Part shown: one piece after another, positions 29,780-39,278 of the stretch
Numbering within the stretch: position 1 is the stretch's first letter
How the letters are laid out: every line of letters begins with the position of its first letter
NCBI GenBank assembly: GCA_037200925.1
Contig: JBBCGO010000001.1
Span: 824,235-888,234, forward strand
Reading direction: 5' to 3'
Length of the DNA: 64,000 nucleotides
Source: Candidatus Doudnabacteria bacterium
Lineage (GTDB): Bacteria; Patescibacteriota; Doudnabacteria; UBA920; O2-02-FULL-48-8
Translations under genes and position numbers: made by a program
The notes under the pieces: model-generated
Seen by the model: the letters and a program-made list of their open reading frames with translations, nothing else
What the model was told of the DNA's origin: nothing
Databases searched by the model: none

Positions 29780-30591
29780 TGAAGCGGATCATTTTCTATG
29801 TTTTTCTGGCTGTGCTGTTTTTTGGTTTTGCTCAGCCGGTTTCAGCGCATGTTTTTAAAACTGACGGATCGATCACAGTGCTTATGCATGCCAATCCGGA
29901 TGATGACCCTATCGCCGGACAGCCAGCTTCCTTGCTGTTCGGCATCACAGACACGGCCAATAAGTTTGATCCGGCAAACTGCGATTGCAAAGTTTCCATT
30001 TCGGATAAAAGCAAGCAGCTGTTAGACGAATCCTTGCTGCGGATTGCGGGGGCAGCCCCGAGCCTGTATGCCTTGACGATACCGTTTACTTTTCCAGAAA
30101 GAGCTGTATACAGCATTGTGGTGACCGGAGCGCCAAAAACTGCCGGCGCATTTCAAAACTTTCAGGTCGAGTATGACCTGCGCGTTGATAGAACGGCGGG
30201 CAATACTGAAGCAGGAAGCTTCACGAACCATTGGTTACTTTATCTATTTTTAGGCGTTTTGTTTATCGGGTTTTTTGCTTACTATTTAATACGGCTGAAA
30301 AATCGCAAAAAGGGGAATCATGGCAAATCAACTCTGACAAGCATTTTTTTGCTGGTGATTCTGGCTGGGTTAACTTTACATCACGCGGCTTTAGCCGCAG
30401 TATTTTGCCCGGATCATTTTACGGACAGCCAAGCTCACTCATGCTGTTTTCCGCTGCAAACCCAAGTTGCTAAGGCCGCTCTTGAATCCCGGGAATCGTA
30501 TTTATTTTGGGAACCGGTAAAGTTGGTTGAAAACAATTATTTTTTCCGCCGGATAATTAATAATAAGTCGCCGCCATCCGCTATTGTCTAA
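29779..30591 (+). CDS. Secreted/membrane protein with mature N-terminal His and a C-terminal DUF2946-like tail
   Basis: Signal peptide ending SA-H; TM; second hydrophobic segment with C..H..H.CC and NKSPP. Confidence 0.6.
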   Translation: MKRIIFYVFLAVLFFGFAQPVSAHVFKTDGSITVLMHANPDDDPIAGQPASLLFGITDTANKFDPANCDCKVSISDKSKQLLDESLLRIAGAAPSLYALTIPFTFPERAVYSIVVTGAPKTAGAFQNFQVEYDLRVDRTAGNTEAGSFTNHWLLYLFLGVLFIGFFAYYLIRLKNRKKGNHGKSTLTSIFLLVILAGLTLHHAALAAVFCPDHFTDSQAHSCCFPLQTQVAKAALESRESYLFWEPVKLVENNYFFRRIINNKSPPSAIV

Positions 30592-30621
30592 AGTTCGACT
30601 TACTATTAATTTGTTTGAAAC

Positions 30622-31251
30622 ATGAAAAAGTTAATATCTCTATCAATTACAGCAATTGGTTTGCTGGTTGCTGCAAGTGTTTCTGCACATGTGGTCGTCA
30701 AACCCAATACCGCGGGGATCGGAGCGTTTCAGGTTTTTACAATGGGAGTACCGTCCGAAAAGCCGATTGCCACGGTCAGCCTCAAGTTAATGCTGCCTGA
30801 TGGGCTGAGTTTTGTTACCCCAAACGTTAAACCTGGCTGGCAGGTGCAAGTAAAAACTCAGGCCACCGGTAAAAAGATCACTGACGACGACGGCATGCAA
30901 GTTGATGAAATGAAGCCTATAGAAATTGACTGGACCGGCGGATCAGTTCCGGCAGGGCAGCGCGATGAGTTTACGTTCCAGGCCCAGGTCCCCGCAACTC
31001 CGACGACGCTGGCATGGAAAGCTTACCAGACTTATTCGGACGGCAGTGTTGTTGCTTGGGATCAGACTCCCGGGGCAAATGTAGAAAATCCTTATTCCCA
31101 AACCGCTGTGACGGATGATCTGTCACAGTCCGCGACGTCAATGCCAAAGGAATCCTGGTGGGATTCCCACGGCACCGCCGCTACGGCGGTTTTAAGCATT
31201 CTGGCCATTATCCTCGCGGCTTACGCTTTGACGAATAGAAGAACCGGTTAA
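30622..31251 (+). CDS. YcnI family (DUF1775) copper-binding protein
   Basis: SA-HVVVKP, VPSEK, KPGW, QTYSDGSVVAW; C-terminal anchor. Confidence 0.88.
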   Translation: MKKLISLSITAIGLLVAASVSAHVVVKPNTAGIGAFQVFTMGVPSEKPIATVSLKLMLPDGLSFVTPNVKPGWQVQVKTQATGKKITDDDGMQVDEMKPIEIDWTGGSVPAGQRDEFTFQAQVPATPTTLAWKAYQTYSDGSVVAWDQTPGANVENPYSQTAVTDDLSQSATSMPKESWWDSHGTAATAVLSILAIILAAYALTNRRTG

Positions 31252-31263
31252 AGTGTAAAAAAC

Positions 31264-31297
31264 AAAAATACCCCGGCCTTTCGGCCGGGGTATTTTT
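31264..31297. terminator. Bidirectional terminator
   Basis: AAAAATACCCCGGCC-TTTC-GGCCGGGGTATTTTT. Confidence 0.85.
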
Positions 31298-31308
31298 AAA
31301 TTCGCGGG

Positions 31309-31950
31309 TTATTGTTTCAGCGCCGCGTCAATGTCTTTTTTCAGATTATCATAGTCAGTTGCGCTTTCTTGTTTGCCGTTCAAATAAAGCGTAGGCGTGG
31401 CATTCACGCCCAGAGCATTCCCGTCATCCAGATCTTCAGTGATTTTGTCTTGAGCCTGGTTGTTTTGAACTGCATCTTTGAATTTATTGATATCCAGGCC
31501 TAAAATCTGGGCGAAGCTTGTGAATATATCCAGCGGCTGGCTGTTGCCGGTCCAGGAATTTTGGTTGTCAAAAATTTTGTTATGCATGTCCCAGAATTTG
31601 CCTTGAGCTCCGGCTGCTTCGGCCGCCTCGGCGGCAAGTTTGGCATATTGATGCTGGGCGAGCGGGAAGTTTCGGAAGACATAATTAAAATCCTTGTTAT
31701 CTTTGTAATCAGCAAGCAGTTTTTCTATTACCGGATTCAATGCTCCGCAAAACGGGCATTCATAATCGCCAAATTCCACTAAGGTGACTTTGGCATCTTT
31801 ACTGCCGGTCATATCGCTGTCATCCCGGACCAGGCGTCCGGCATCCGCAAGCGGAACGTGAGCGGGAGGATTACCTTTTAAAAATAAGAGCACTGCGCCG
31901 GCAATCACCACGATGGCGATGCCGAACATGATTTTTAGTTCTTTTGTCAT
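31309..31950 (-). CDS. DsbA/BdbD-like thiol-disulfide oxidoreductase
   Basis: EFGDYECPFC, FRNFPL, GVNATPT. Confidence 0.9.
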   Translation of the reverse strand: MTKELKIMFGIAIVVIAGAVLLFLKGNPPAHVPLADAGRLVRDDSDMTGSKDAKVTLVEFGDYECPFCGALNPVIEKLLADYKDNKDFNYVFRNFPLAQHQYAKLAAEAAEAAGAQGKFWDMHNKIFDNQNSWTGNSQPLDIFTSFAQILGLDINKFKDAVQNNQAQDKITEDLDDGNALGVNATPTLYLNGKQESATDYDNLKKDIDAALKQ

Positions 31951-32003
31951 GGGTATATATTACTATATTCAATTCAATTTGTGCAATATGGTATAATGAA
32001 GCT

Positions 32004-32435
32004 ATGAAATTTTTTAAAAACAACTCATTATATCTGGCTTGGGGCACGGCATTGATTGCCATGTTAGGAAGCCTGTATTTCAGCAATGTCCGGAATTTTC
32101 CTCCCTGTGTACTGTGCTGGTATCAGAGGATCTGCATGTATCCGTTGGTCATTATTTTAGGAGTGGGTATTCTGAAAAAGGATAAAAATTTGCCGTTTTA
32201 TGTTCTACCGTTCAGCCTCATAGGTTTGGGCATTTCCATTTATCACAACCTTTTATACTACAAGATTTTGCCGGAGAGCCTTTCGCCCTGTGTTGCGGGG
32301 GTTTCGTGCACCACTAAATTTATAGAATATTTCCACTTTGTGACCATTCCGTTTTTGTCTTTTGTGGCTTTTCTGGTAATAAATCTTATGATGTACGTTT
32401 ATCTGAAATCAAAAAATGATCCCATAGAAAATTAG
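32004..32435 (+). CDS. DsbB/BdbC disulfide bond formation protein
   Basis: GSLYFS..PCVLCWYQRICMYPL; second Cys pair. Confidence 0.9.
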   Translation: MKFFKNNSLYLAWGTALIAMLGSLYFSNVRNFPPCVLCWYQRICMYPLVIILGVGILKKDKNLPFYVLPFSLIGLGISIYHNLLYYKILPESLSPCVAGVSCTTKFIEYFHFVTIPFLSFVAFLVINLMMYVYLKSKNDPIEN

Positions 32436-32438
32436 GAT

Positions 32439-34079
32439 ATGGATTTTGCTGCCCAAATCAAACAACTGATAAAAGGCGATGTTGCCGGGGATGAAAAGAC
32501 CCGGGCCGACTTCAGCCGCGATGCCAGTTTGTTCATAGTCAAACCCTCACTGGTGGTTTTTCCGAAAGATTCGGATGATATAGAAGCTCTGGTGAAATTT
32601 GTCGCGGAAGAAAACAAAAAAGGAAGCCATTTGTCTTTGACCGCCAGGTCTGCCGGAACTGACATGACAGGCGGGCCGCTCTCCGAATCGATTATAGTGT
32701 CCATGACCCGCTACTTTAACCGCATAATAAAGATCGGCAAAGATTCAGCCATAGTTGAACCGGGAGTGTTTTACCGCGATTTTGAAAAACAAACTCTCAT
32801 GCATAATTTGCTTTTGCCGAGTTACACGGCTTCCAGGGAGATCAACACAGTTGGCGGCATGGTCGCAAATAATTCCGGGGGAGAGCTGAATTTGATCTAC
32901 GGCAAAACCGAAAGATATGTGCAGGAGCTTAAAATGGTTTTATACGACGGTAAAGAATATACGTTTAAAGCCTTAACGATGCCGGAGTTGGAGAAAAAGA
33001 AACAGGAGAACGGACTGGATGCGGAGATCTACCGCAAGCTTTTTGACCTGATCGACGGCAATTTTGATCTGCTGCAAAAAGCCAAACCCGATGTTTCCAA
33101 AAATTCCGCGGGATATTATCTGTGGAATGTTTATGACAAGCAAAAAGGGATCTTTGACATCAACAAATTGATCACCGGGTCGCAGGGGACTTTTGGGATC
33201 ATCACAGAGATCAAGTTCAGCCTGGTCAAGCCAAAAATGCGCGAACATCTGCTGGTGGTATTTTTGAACGACCTGCAAATGCTTCCAGAGATCACCAATC
33301 ATCTGCTTAAATTCAATCCTGTGAGCATTGAGTCTTATGATGACCAGACTTTTAAGGTTGCCATGAAACTATTGCCGGATATCATGGCCCGCCTAAAAGG
33401 GAACGCTGTCAGATTGTTCTTTAGTTTTATTCCTGAACTTTGGATGGTCTTAACCGGCGGCGTGCCGAAACTCGTGCTTCTGGCCGAGTTCAGCTCAGAC
33501 AGCGAAAAAGATGCCCTTTTGAGAACGCAGGAGGCTCAGGAGAGCCTTAAGGAATTCCCTGTTAAGACCAAATTGGTTTTAAGCGAACAGGCGGCTGAGA
33601 AATATTGGGTCATCCGCCGCGAAAGCTTTAATCTTCTCCGCCATCATGTCCAGGGCATGCGGACCGCACCTTTCATTGATGACTTTGTGGTCAGGCCCGA
33701 ACTGCTGGGAGAATTTTTGCCCAAACTTTATGTGATAATGAATAAATATAATTTGCTTTATACTATTGCCGGACATGTCGGAGACGGCAATTTTCATATT
33801 ATTCCGTTGATGAAGATCGGCGACCCGAATGCGGCCGAGACCATAAAAAATTTAGGACAAGAAGTGTATGATCTGGTCCTGGAATACAAAGGTTCAATTA
33901 CCGGCGAGCATAATGACGGATTGGTCAGAAGCCCGTATCTTCCCCAAATGTACGGTCCGAAGGTATATGAGTTATTTACAGAAACTAAAAAGATCTTTGA
34001 CCCCCAGAATATTTTCAATCCCGGAAAAAAAGTCGATGCTTCGATGGGATACGCCCTTGATCACATTGATTTTAAATAG
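32439..34079 (+). CDS. FAD-linked oxidase (GlcD/D-lactate dehydrogenase-like)
   Basis: RSAGTDMTGG, GGMVANNSGG, GHVGDGNFH, GEHNDG, FNPGK. Confidence 0.88.
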   Translation: MDFAAQIKQLIKGDVAGDEKTRADFSRDASLFIVKPSLVVFPKDSDDIEALVKFVAEENKKGSHLSLTARSAGTDMTGGPLSESIIVSMTRYFNRIIKIGKDSAIVEPGVFYRDFEKQTLMHNLLLPSYTASREINTVGGMVANNSGGELNLIYGKTERYVQELKMVLYDGKEYTFKALTMPELEKKKQENGLDAEIYRKLFDLIDGNFDLLQKAKPDVSKNSAGYYLWNVYDKQKGIFDINKLITGSQGTFGIITEIKFSLVKPKMREHLLVVFLNDLQMLPEITNHLLKFNPVSIESYDDQTFKVAMKLLPDIMARLKGNAVRLFFSFIPELWMVLTGGVPKLVLLAEFSSDSEKDALLRTQEAQESLKEFPVKTKLVLSEQAAEKYWVIRRESFNLLRHHVQGMRTAPFIDDFVVRPELLGEFLPKLYVIMNKYNLLYTIAGHVGDGNFHIIPLMKIGDPNAAETIKNLGQEVYDLVLEYKGSITGEHNDGLVRSPYLPQMYGPKVYELFTETKKIFDPQNIFNPGKKVDASMGYALDHIDFK

Positions 34080-34095
34080 TTAGAAGACCTAAGTT

Positions 34096-34674
34096 ATGTG
34101 GTATACGCTTTCTGATGTTATCCGCTGGCTGATCCATTTTAAATACTGGGTGATTTTTCCGTTTGCGGTTTTTGAAGGGCCCATTGTCACTATTATTACA
34201 GGTTTTTTGGCTTCGACCGGCCAGCTGAATTTTTGGGTCGCATTCATGGTTGTGGCCCTGGGTGATCTGGTCGGCGATACTTTTTACTATTGCGTCGGCC
34301 GGTTCGGCCGCGAAAGGTTTATCGCCAGGTTTGGGAAATTTTTCGGATTAAATAAAGCCAGGATCGAGCGCCTGGAGCTGCATTTTCAAACCCACCCCTG
34401 GAAAACATTCACATTCGGAAAATTTTTCCATGGAACGGGTTCTCTGATACTGGCAGCCGCGGGCCTGAGCCGGGTTCCGTATTTTGAGTTTCTTGGCTAT
34501 AATGTACCTACAACTTTTGCCAACTCTTTTATTCTGATCACAATTGGCTATTATTTCGGCCATGCCTATGCGCAGATCGATACTTTCTTTAAATATTTCA
34601 GCGTTATTGTTATTGCACTCGTCGTGGCAGCCTATATTTATTTCATTAAACGCTACAGCAACATCCCTGACTGA
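34096..34674 (+). CDS. DedA family protein
   Basis: FEGP, GDLVGD..YY..GR, AAG motifs. Confidence 0.88.
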   Translation: MWYTLSDVIRWLIHFKYWVIFPFAVFEGPIVTIITGFLASTGQLNFWVAFMVVALGDLVGDTFYYCVGRFGRERFIARFGKFFGLNKARIERLELHFQTHPWKTFTFGKFFHGTGSLILAAAGLSRVPYFEFLGYNVPTTFANSFILITIGYYFGHAYAQIDTFFKYFSVIVIALVVAAYIYFIKRYSNIPD

Positions 34675-35891
34675 TGAAAATACTCATTGTTGCCGATAAT
34701 TATTATCCGAACGTCAACGGCTCGTCATACTTTACGCAAAGACTGGCCTACTATTTGCAGCAGCGCGGCCATGAGATTTTGGTTATGGCTTCCTCTCCAA
34801 GCATAAAAAATGAACCTTTTGTCTACAATGGAGTGAACGTGTTTGGTATCAGATCTTTTTCTCCTCCCTTATATCCCGGGTTCCGCTTTCCGGCCCCGAT
34901 CGGAATAAGAAAAGCTATCGAAATCGAGATCAAAAAATTTCAGCCCGACGTCATACATATACAAGATCATTTTGTCATCAGCCCGGTAGTCCAAAAAGTC
35001 GCCAAAGAATTGTCCATCCCCATGATCGGGACCAACCATTTCATGCCGGAAAACCTCCTGCACTATTTACATCTGCCGAAAAGACTGGAACAAATTGCCA
35101 AGAATTGGGCTTGGAGGCAGTTCCGGGCCATCTTTGAGCAACTGCATACCGTTACCACGCCGACCAGGACTGCCGCGAAGCTTTTGGAGGAGGTTAAATT
35201 GACCAAACCGGTGCTTGCGGTCTCAAACGGGATCGATCTGCAAAAATTTAAGCCCGGTAACGACGGTGAATATCTGAGAAAACGGCTGAATCTTCCGGAC
35301 CAGCCCATACTATTGTATGTCGGCCGGCTTGATAAAGAAAAAAATATTGACGCTGTCATGAAAGTCCTGCCCGGCGTTTTAGCCCGAACCGATCTGCATT
35401 TCGTTATAGCCGGTAAAGGAGCTGAGCAGGAAAAACTTAAGCGGTTGGCCCGGCAATTGAATTTGGAAAAATCCGTGACCTTTGCGGGATTTGTGCCGGA
35501 TGAGGATCTGCCTAATCTGTATACGATCGGCGATTGTTTTGTCATTGCCGGGATCGCTGAACTGCAAAGTCTAGTGACCATGGAAGCTATGGCCACGGGA
35601 TTGCCAGTCGTTGCGGTCAACGCCATGGCCCTGCCTGAACTCGTCAGGCATGGCGAGAACGGCTATCTGTTCGATCTTGGCCGTACCGACATACTATCCG
35701 AACATTTGCTGGAAATTTTTTCCAATCCGGATCTGAGAAAAAAAATGGGCGACAGAAGCCTGGAGATCATCCAAGCCCACGACATTAATAAGACCATGGA
35801 AATTTTTGAATCTCTCTATGAAAATTTAATCGGTAGAGACAATATCACAATGCCGGCGCCGCGCATCAGAGAATATGAGATCATTAATTGA
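34674..35891 (+). CDS. GT4 glycosyltransferase (diacylglycerol glucosyltransferase-like)
   Basis: DNYYPNVNG, YVGRLDKEKN, ELQSLVTMEAMA. Confidence 0.88.
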   Translation: MKILIVADNYYPNVNGSSYFTQRLAYYLQQRGHEILVMASSPSIKNEPFVYNGVNVFGIRSFSPPLYPGFRFPAPIGIRKAIEIEIKKFQPDVIHIQDHFVISPVVQKVAKELSIPMIGTNHFMPENLLHYLHLPKRLEQIAKNWAWRQFRAIFEQLHTVTTPTRTAAKLLEEVKLTKPVLAVSNGIDLQKFKPGNDGEYLRKRLNLPDQPILLYVGRLDKEKNIDAVMKVLPGVLARTDLHFVIAGKGAEQEKLKRLARQLNLEKSVTFAGFVPDEDLPNLYTIGDCFVIAGIAELQSLVTMEAMATGLPVVAVNAMALPELVRHGENGYLFDLGRTDILSEHLLEIFSNPDLRKKMGDRSLEIIQAHDINKTMEIFESLYENLIGRDNITMPAPRIREYEIIN

Positions 35892-36513
35892 TGCCCATAG
35901 AAAAACTTGGAACAGGGAGTTTTCCCGTTCTGTGACTTGGGGCGTAATATTTTTTTTGGCCAGCCTGGTTCCGAATTATCTGGCCACAACATATGCCACG
36001 GAACGCGCGAGCATGCCAGTGACAGATCTCATTCTGAGCAACATCAGGGTCTATGACGTGGACGGGATCATAATCTATGGGGCAGTACTGCTGATAATAT
36101 TCAGCATCCTTGTACTGTTTTACGATCCGAAAAGGATCCCGTTTACGCTGAAAGCATTGGCTTTGTTCATTGTCATCAGGTCAATTTTCGTGAGCTTAAC
36201 GCACCTGGGGCCGTTTTCGCCTCAGGATGTGATCGATTCGACTCATATTTTTAATTTTCTGGGCTTTGGGACTACGGCTGATCTGTTTTTTTCCGGACAC
36301 ACAGGCATACCATTTTTGCTGGCCCTGATTTATTGGAATAATATTAAGCTGCGTTGGACCTACTTGGCAATTTCCGCGGTTTTTGCAGTCAGCGTTCTGC
36401 TTGGCCACTTGCACTATTCGATAGATGTTCTTGCCGCGTTTTTTATCACATACACGATTTTTCACATCGCCCAAAAATTGTTTGCGGATGACTGGCAACT
36501 GTCGATAACATGA
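35875..36513 (+). CDS. PAP2-like/sphingomyelin synthase-type membrane phosphotransferase
   Basis: DLFFSGHT and HYSIDV catalytic motifs. Confidence 0.82.
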   Translation: MRSLIDAHRKTWNREFSRSVTWGVIFFLASLVPNYLATTYATERASMPVTDLILSNIRVYDVDGIIIYGAVLLIIFSILVLFYDPKRIPFTLKALALFIVIRSIFVSLTHLGPFSPQDVIDSTHIFNFLGFGTTADLFFSGHTGIPFLLALIYWNNIKLRWTYLAISAVFAVSVLLGHLHYSIDVLAAFFITYTIFHIAQKLFADDWQLSIT

Positions 36514-36959
36514 ATATCCATCCGATTTTCGTCCATTTTCCCATCGCACTACTGACCACTTATGCGGTTTTGGAATTATTAAGATTTGATTTTATCAACC
36601 GCCAGCCGTATTGGTTTTATGTCAAAGCTGTTCTGGTGATCTTGGGCGCATTGAGCGGATACGTGACGATAGTGACCGGATTAATGGCGGAAAGTTTGAT
36701 CAAAGACCAAAGTTCTCATACGCTGATCTCCACGCACGAACTTTGGGCCATCACTTCAATTGGAATTTTCAGCATCATCGCTTTGGTCTATCTATGGTCG
36801 TGGTGGAATAGCCGGTTCGGAATGAAAAGTAAATTGGTCCTTGTTTTGGCCCTGGCCGGAATTTTATGTTTGCTGATCACAGGCGCCTTGGGCGGGTCGA
36901 TCATATTCGGACATACCACGGACCCGTTCACGAATTGGATCTACAATTTATTTTTTTAG
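36510..36959 (+). CDS. DUF2231 membrane protein
   Basis: HPIFVHFPIAL, TG..A, H, TGALGG. Confidence 0.85.
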   Translation: MNIHPIFVHFPIALLTTYAVLELLRFDFINRQPYWFYVKAVLVILGALSGYVTIVTGLMAESLIKDQSSHTLISTHELWAITSIGIFSIIALVYLWSWWNSRFGMKSKLVLVLALAGILCLLITGALGGSIIFGHTTDPFTNWIYNLFF

Positions 36960-36997
36960 CTTGAAAATTTTGGAAAGCTGTATTATCATATACCTCT

Positions 36998-37378
36998 ATG
37001 ACAGACGAAGAATTGAAGAAAAAATTGACGCCCGAGCAGTACCATATCATGCGCGAAAAGGGGACAGAGGCGCCTTTTACGGGCAAGTATTACGATTCGC
37101 ATGAAAAAGGAATGTACGTTTGCGCTGTCTGCGGCAACGAATTGTTCTCATCCGATACCAAGTTTGATTCAGGCACGGGCTGGCCGTCTTTTACGGACCC
37201 GGCAAATTTAAAGAACATAGTGCTTCAGGATGATGACAGCCTTGGCGAGCACCGCACTGAGGTAGTGTGCAAGAATTGCGGTTCGCACTTGGGACACTTG
37301 TTTGACGACGGTCCGAAAGACCGAGGGGGTAAACGCTATTGCATCAATTCGGCTTGTCTGTTGCTGAAAAAAGAATAG
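36998..37378 (+). CDS. msrB: Peptide-methionine (R)-S-oxide reductase
   Basis: GTEAPFTG, SGTGWPSF, HLGH.F.DGP, RYCINS. Confidence 0.95.
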   Translation: MTDEELKKKLTPEQYHIMREKGTEAPFTGKYYDSHEKGMYVCAVCGNELFSSDTKFDSGTGWPSFTDPANLKNIVLQDDDSLGEHRTEVVCKNCGSHLGHLFDDGPKDRGGKRYCINSACLLLKKE

Positions 37379-37453
37379 CTTGACGACAGGTTAAGATTTA
37401 ACTAGAATTAAAATCTAAACTTATTAAGGCGGCAAAAAAGCCGCCTTTTTATT

Positions 37454-37699
37454 ATGCTTGAACAGATCAATGAGACAATTGAAGTCATCGCCAGATTTTC
37501 CGGGAATAAAGCGACTCCTGTCAAGTTTTTATGGCAGGGCCGGGAAATCCCGGTGAAAAAAATTAATCTAACCTATTCGCGTTTTGAAGGCCGGGTAAAA
37601 TTTTATTTTTTTGCGGTTTCCGATGATACGAATTACTTCAAATTGCAGTTCAACAGCGACAGTTTGATCTGGACATTATTAGAAAGCTATGTGGAATAA
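37454..37699 (+). CDS. Small protein (DUF6504-like) overlapping the dinB start
   Basis: P.KF.WQGR pattern; overlaps the dinB start. Confidence 0.65.
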   Translation: MLEQINETIEVIARFSGNKATPVKFLWQGREIPVKKINLTYSRFEGRVKFYFFAVSDDTNYFKLQFNSDSLIWTLLESYVE

Positions 37700-38906
37700 A
37701 CTGCCCCGAATCATGCTCGTAGACATGAACTCTTTTTTTGCTTCTGTGGAACAGCAGGCCAATCCTTTTTTACGTGGGAAGCCTATCGGGGTGGCAGTGT
37801 CGCCTCATCCCGGCAGCTGCCTGATCGGGACTTCGAAAGAGGCCAAAGCCATGGGAATTAAAAACGGCATTCCAGTTTATAAAGCGCGGAAGATCTGCCC
37901 GAAGATCATAACCGTGGAATCCGAGCCGGAAAAGTACCGCGAAGTGAACCGGCAGATCAATCGGATCTTTTCGGATTATACCGAAACTTTGGAAGCTTAC
38001 AGCGTCGACGAGTCGTTTTTGGATCTGCAAAACTCCAAATTCAACCCTTTGATCATTGGCGCAGAAATCAAACAAAGGATCAGATCCGAGGTGGGGGAAT
38101 GGCTGACCTGTTCTGTGGGGATCGCGCCAAACAAATTTATGGCGAAATTGGCCGCAGACCTGCAGAAGCCGGATGGCTTAAGCGTGGTCTGGCGCGAGCA
38201 GCTTAGGAATATTTACGAATCGAAAAAACTTTCGGACCTCTGGGGGATCAACCGCGGCTGGACGAACCGGCTGGCCAAATTAAATATCACAAGTCCGCTT
38301 CAGCTACTGGATTATCCGGTTGAGAACCTGATCAGTGTTTTCGGCAAGCCCGGATATTTTATCTGGGAACGGGTCAACGGACTGGAACACGACGAAATTT
38401 TTTCTAACCAGGAGATTTCCGGATCTGCCACAGGCAGATCTCGGCCTAAATCTTTCGGCCACTCGTGGGTCCTGAATTTCCGCACAACAGACAAAGAACG
38501 CCTGAAGGTCGTAATCCTTCGGCTGGCGGAAAAAGCCGCGCGGCGCATGCGGGCGGAAAGATTTATTGCCTCCGGCATGTATTTGTCGGTCACGCTGGCG
38601 GACGGCGGTTATTTTCACCGGTCAAAAAAATTGCGGTTCAATATCGAGACCGGGCTGGAGTTGTATACCGAAGCTTTGGATATCTGGAAATCCTGGCAGT
38701 TCAAACATGAGGTTTTGCACATTGCGGTCGGGTTTAATTATCTGTTATTCAAGACCAAACAGCTGGTTTTGTTTCCGGACAAATTATCGAACCTGATCCC
38801 GACCCTGGATTTTTTAAATGACAAATACGGCGAATTTACAATAAGATCCGGATTGCTGGTGCGAACTTCTGAGTTTGCGCCGGACGCGATCGCTTTTGGA
38901 AAGTGA
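37689..38906 (+). CDS. dinB: Y-family DNA polymerase IV
   Basis: VDMNSFFASVE, YSVDE, CSVGIAPNKFMAKLA..KPDG. Confidence 0.9.
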   Translation: MWNKLPRIMLVDMNSFFASVEQQANPFLRGKPIGVAVSPHPGSCLIGTSKEAKAMGIKNGIPVYKARKICPKIITVESEPEKYREVNRQINRIFSDYTETLEAYSVDESFLDLQNSKFNPLIIGAEIKQRIRSEVGEWLTCSVGIAPNKFMAKLAADLQKPDGLSVVWREQLRNIYESKKLSDLWGINRGWTNRLAKLNITSPLQLLDYPVENLISVFGKPGYFIWERVNGLEHDEIFSNQEISGSATGRSRPKSFGHSWVLNFRTTDKERLKVVILRLAEKAARRMRAERFIASGMYLSVTLADGGYFHRSKKLRFNIETGLELYTEALDIWKSWQFKHEVLHIAVGFNYLLFKTKQLVLFPDKLSNLIPTLDFLNDKYGEFTIRSGLLVRTSEFAPDAIAFGK

Positions 38907-38933
38907 TTATTAAACAATGTTAATATCTTGTCA

Positions 38934-39033
38934 AGCCCGTTAGAAGTTTTTCTAATGATTTTTATATCTGTGTATAAGTTATAAAATGTGACTTTTTACG
39001 AACAATCAAATAGGTTTTTACTTCTAACGGGCT
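38934..39033. mobile_element. 100-bp MITE-like element with 14-bp terminal inverted repeats
   Basis: AGCCCGTTAGAAGT ... ACTTCTAACGGGCT around an AT-rich core. Confidence 0.6.
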
Positions 39034-39243
39034 CAAATTTTTGTATGAACAAACCATGAATTTTTGGTTGGTTTGAACATTGTTAAGTTCAGCAGGTTAA
39101 GACAGAATCTAAGTACCTTTATTAATTTGCGTTTGGGGAAACGCAGAATTGGATGAAAGGAGTGAAGGGACAACAATTCTTCAAAAACTTTAGTTTTCTT
39201 CGTAAGCAATATAGTGGGCTTATCAAGAAAACTAAGCATCATT

Positions 39244-39278
39244 AAAGCCCCGTTATTAAAATAACGGGGCTTTGTTTT
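39244..39278. terminator. Strong hairpin/terminator
   Basis: AAAGCCCCGTTATT-AA-AATAACGGGGCTTT followed by GTTTT. Confidence 0.8.
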
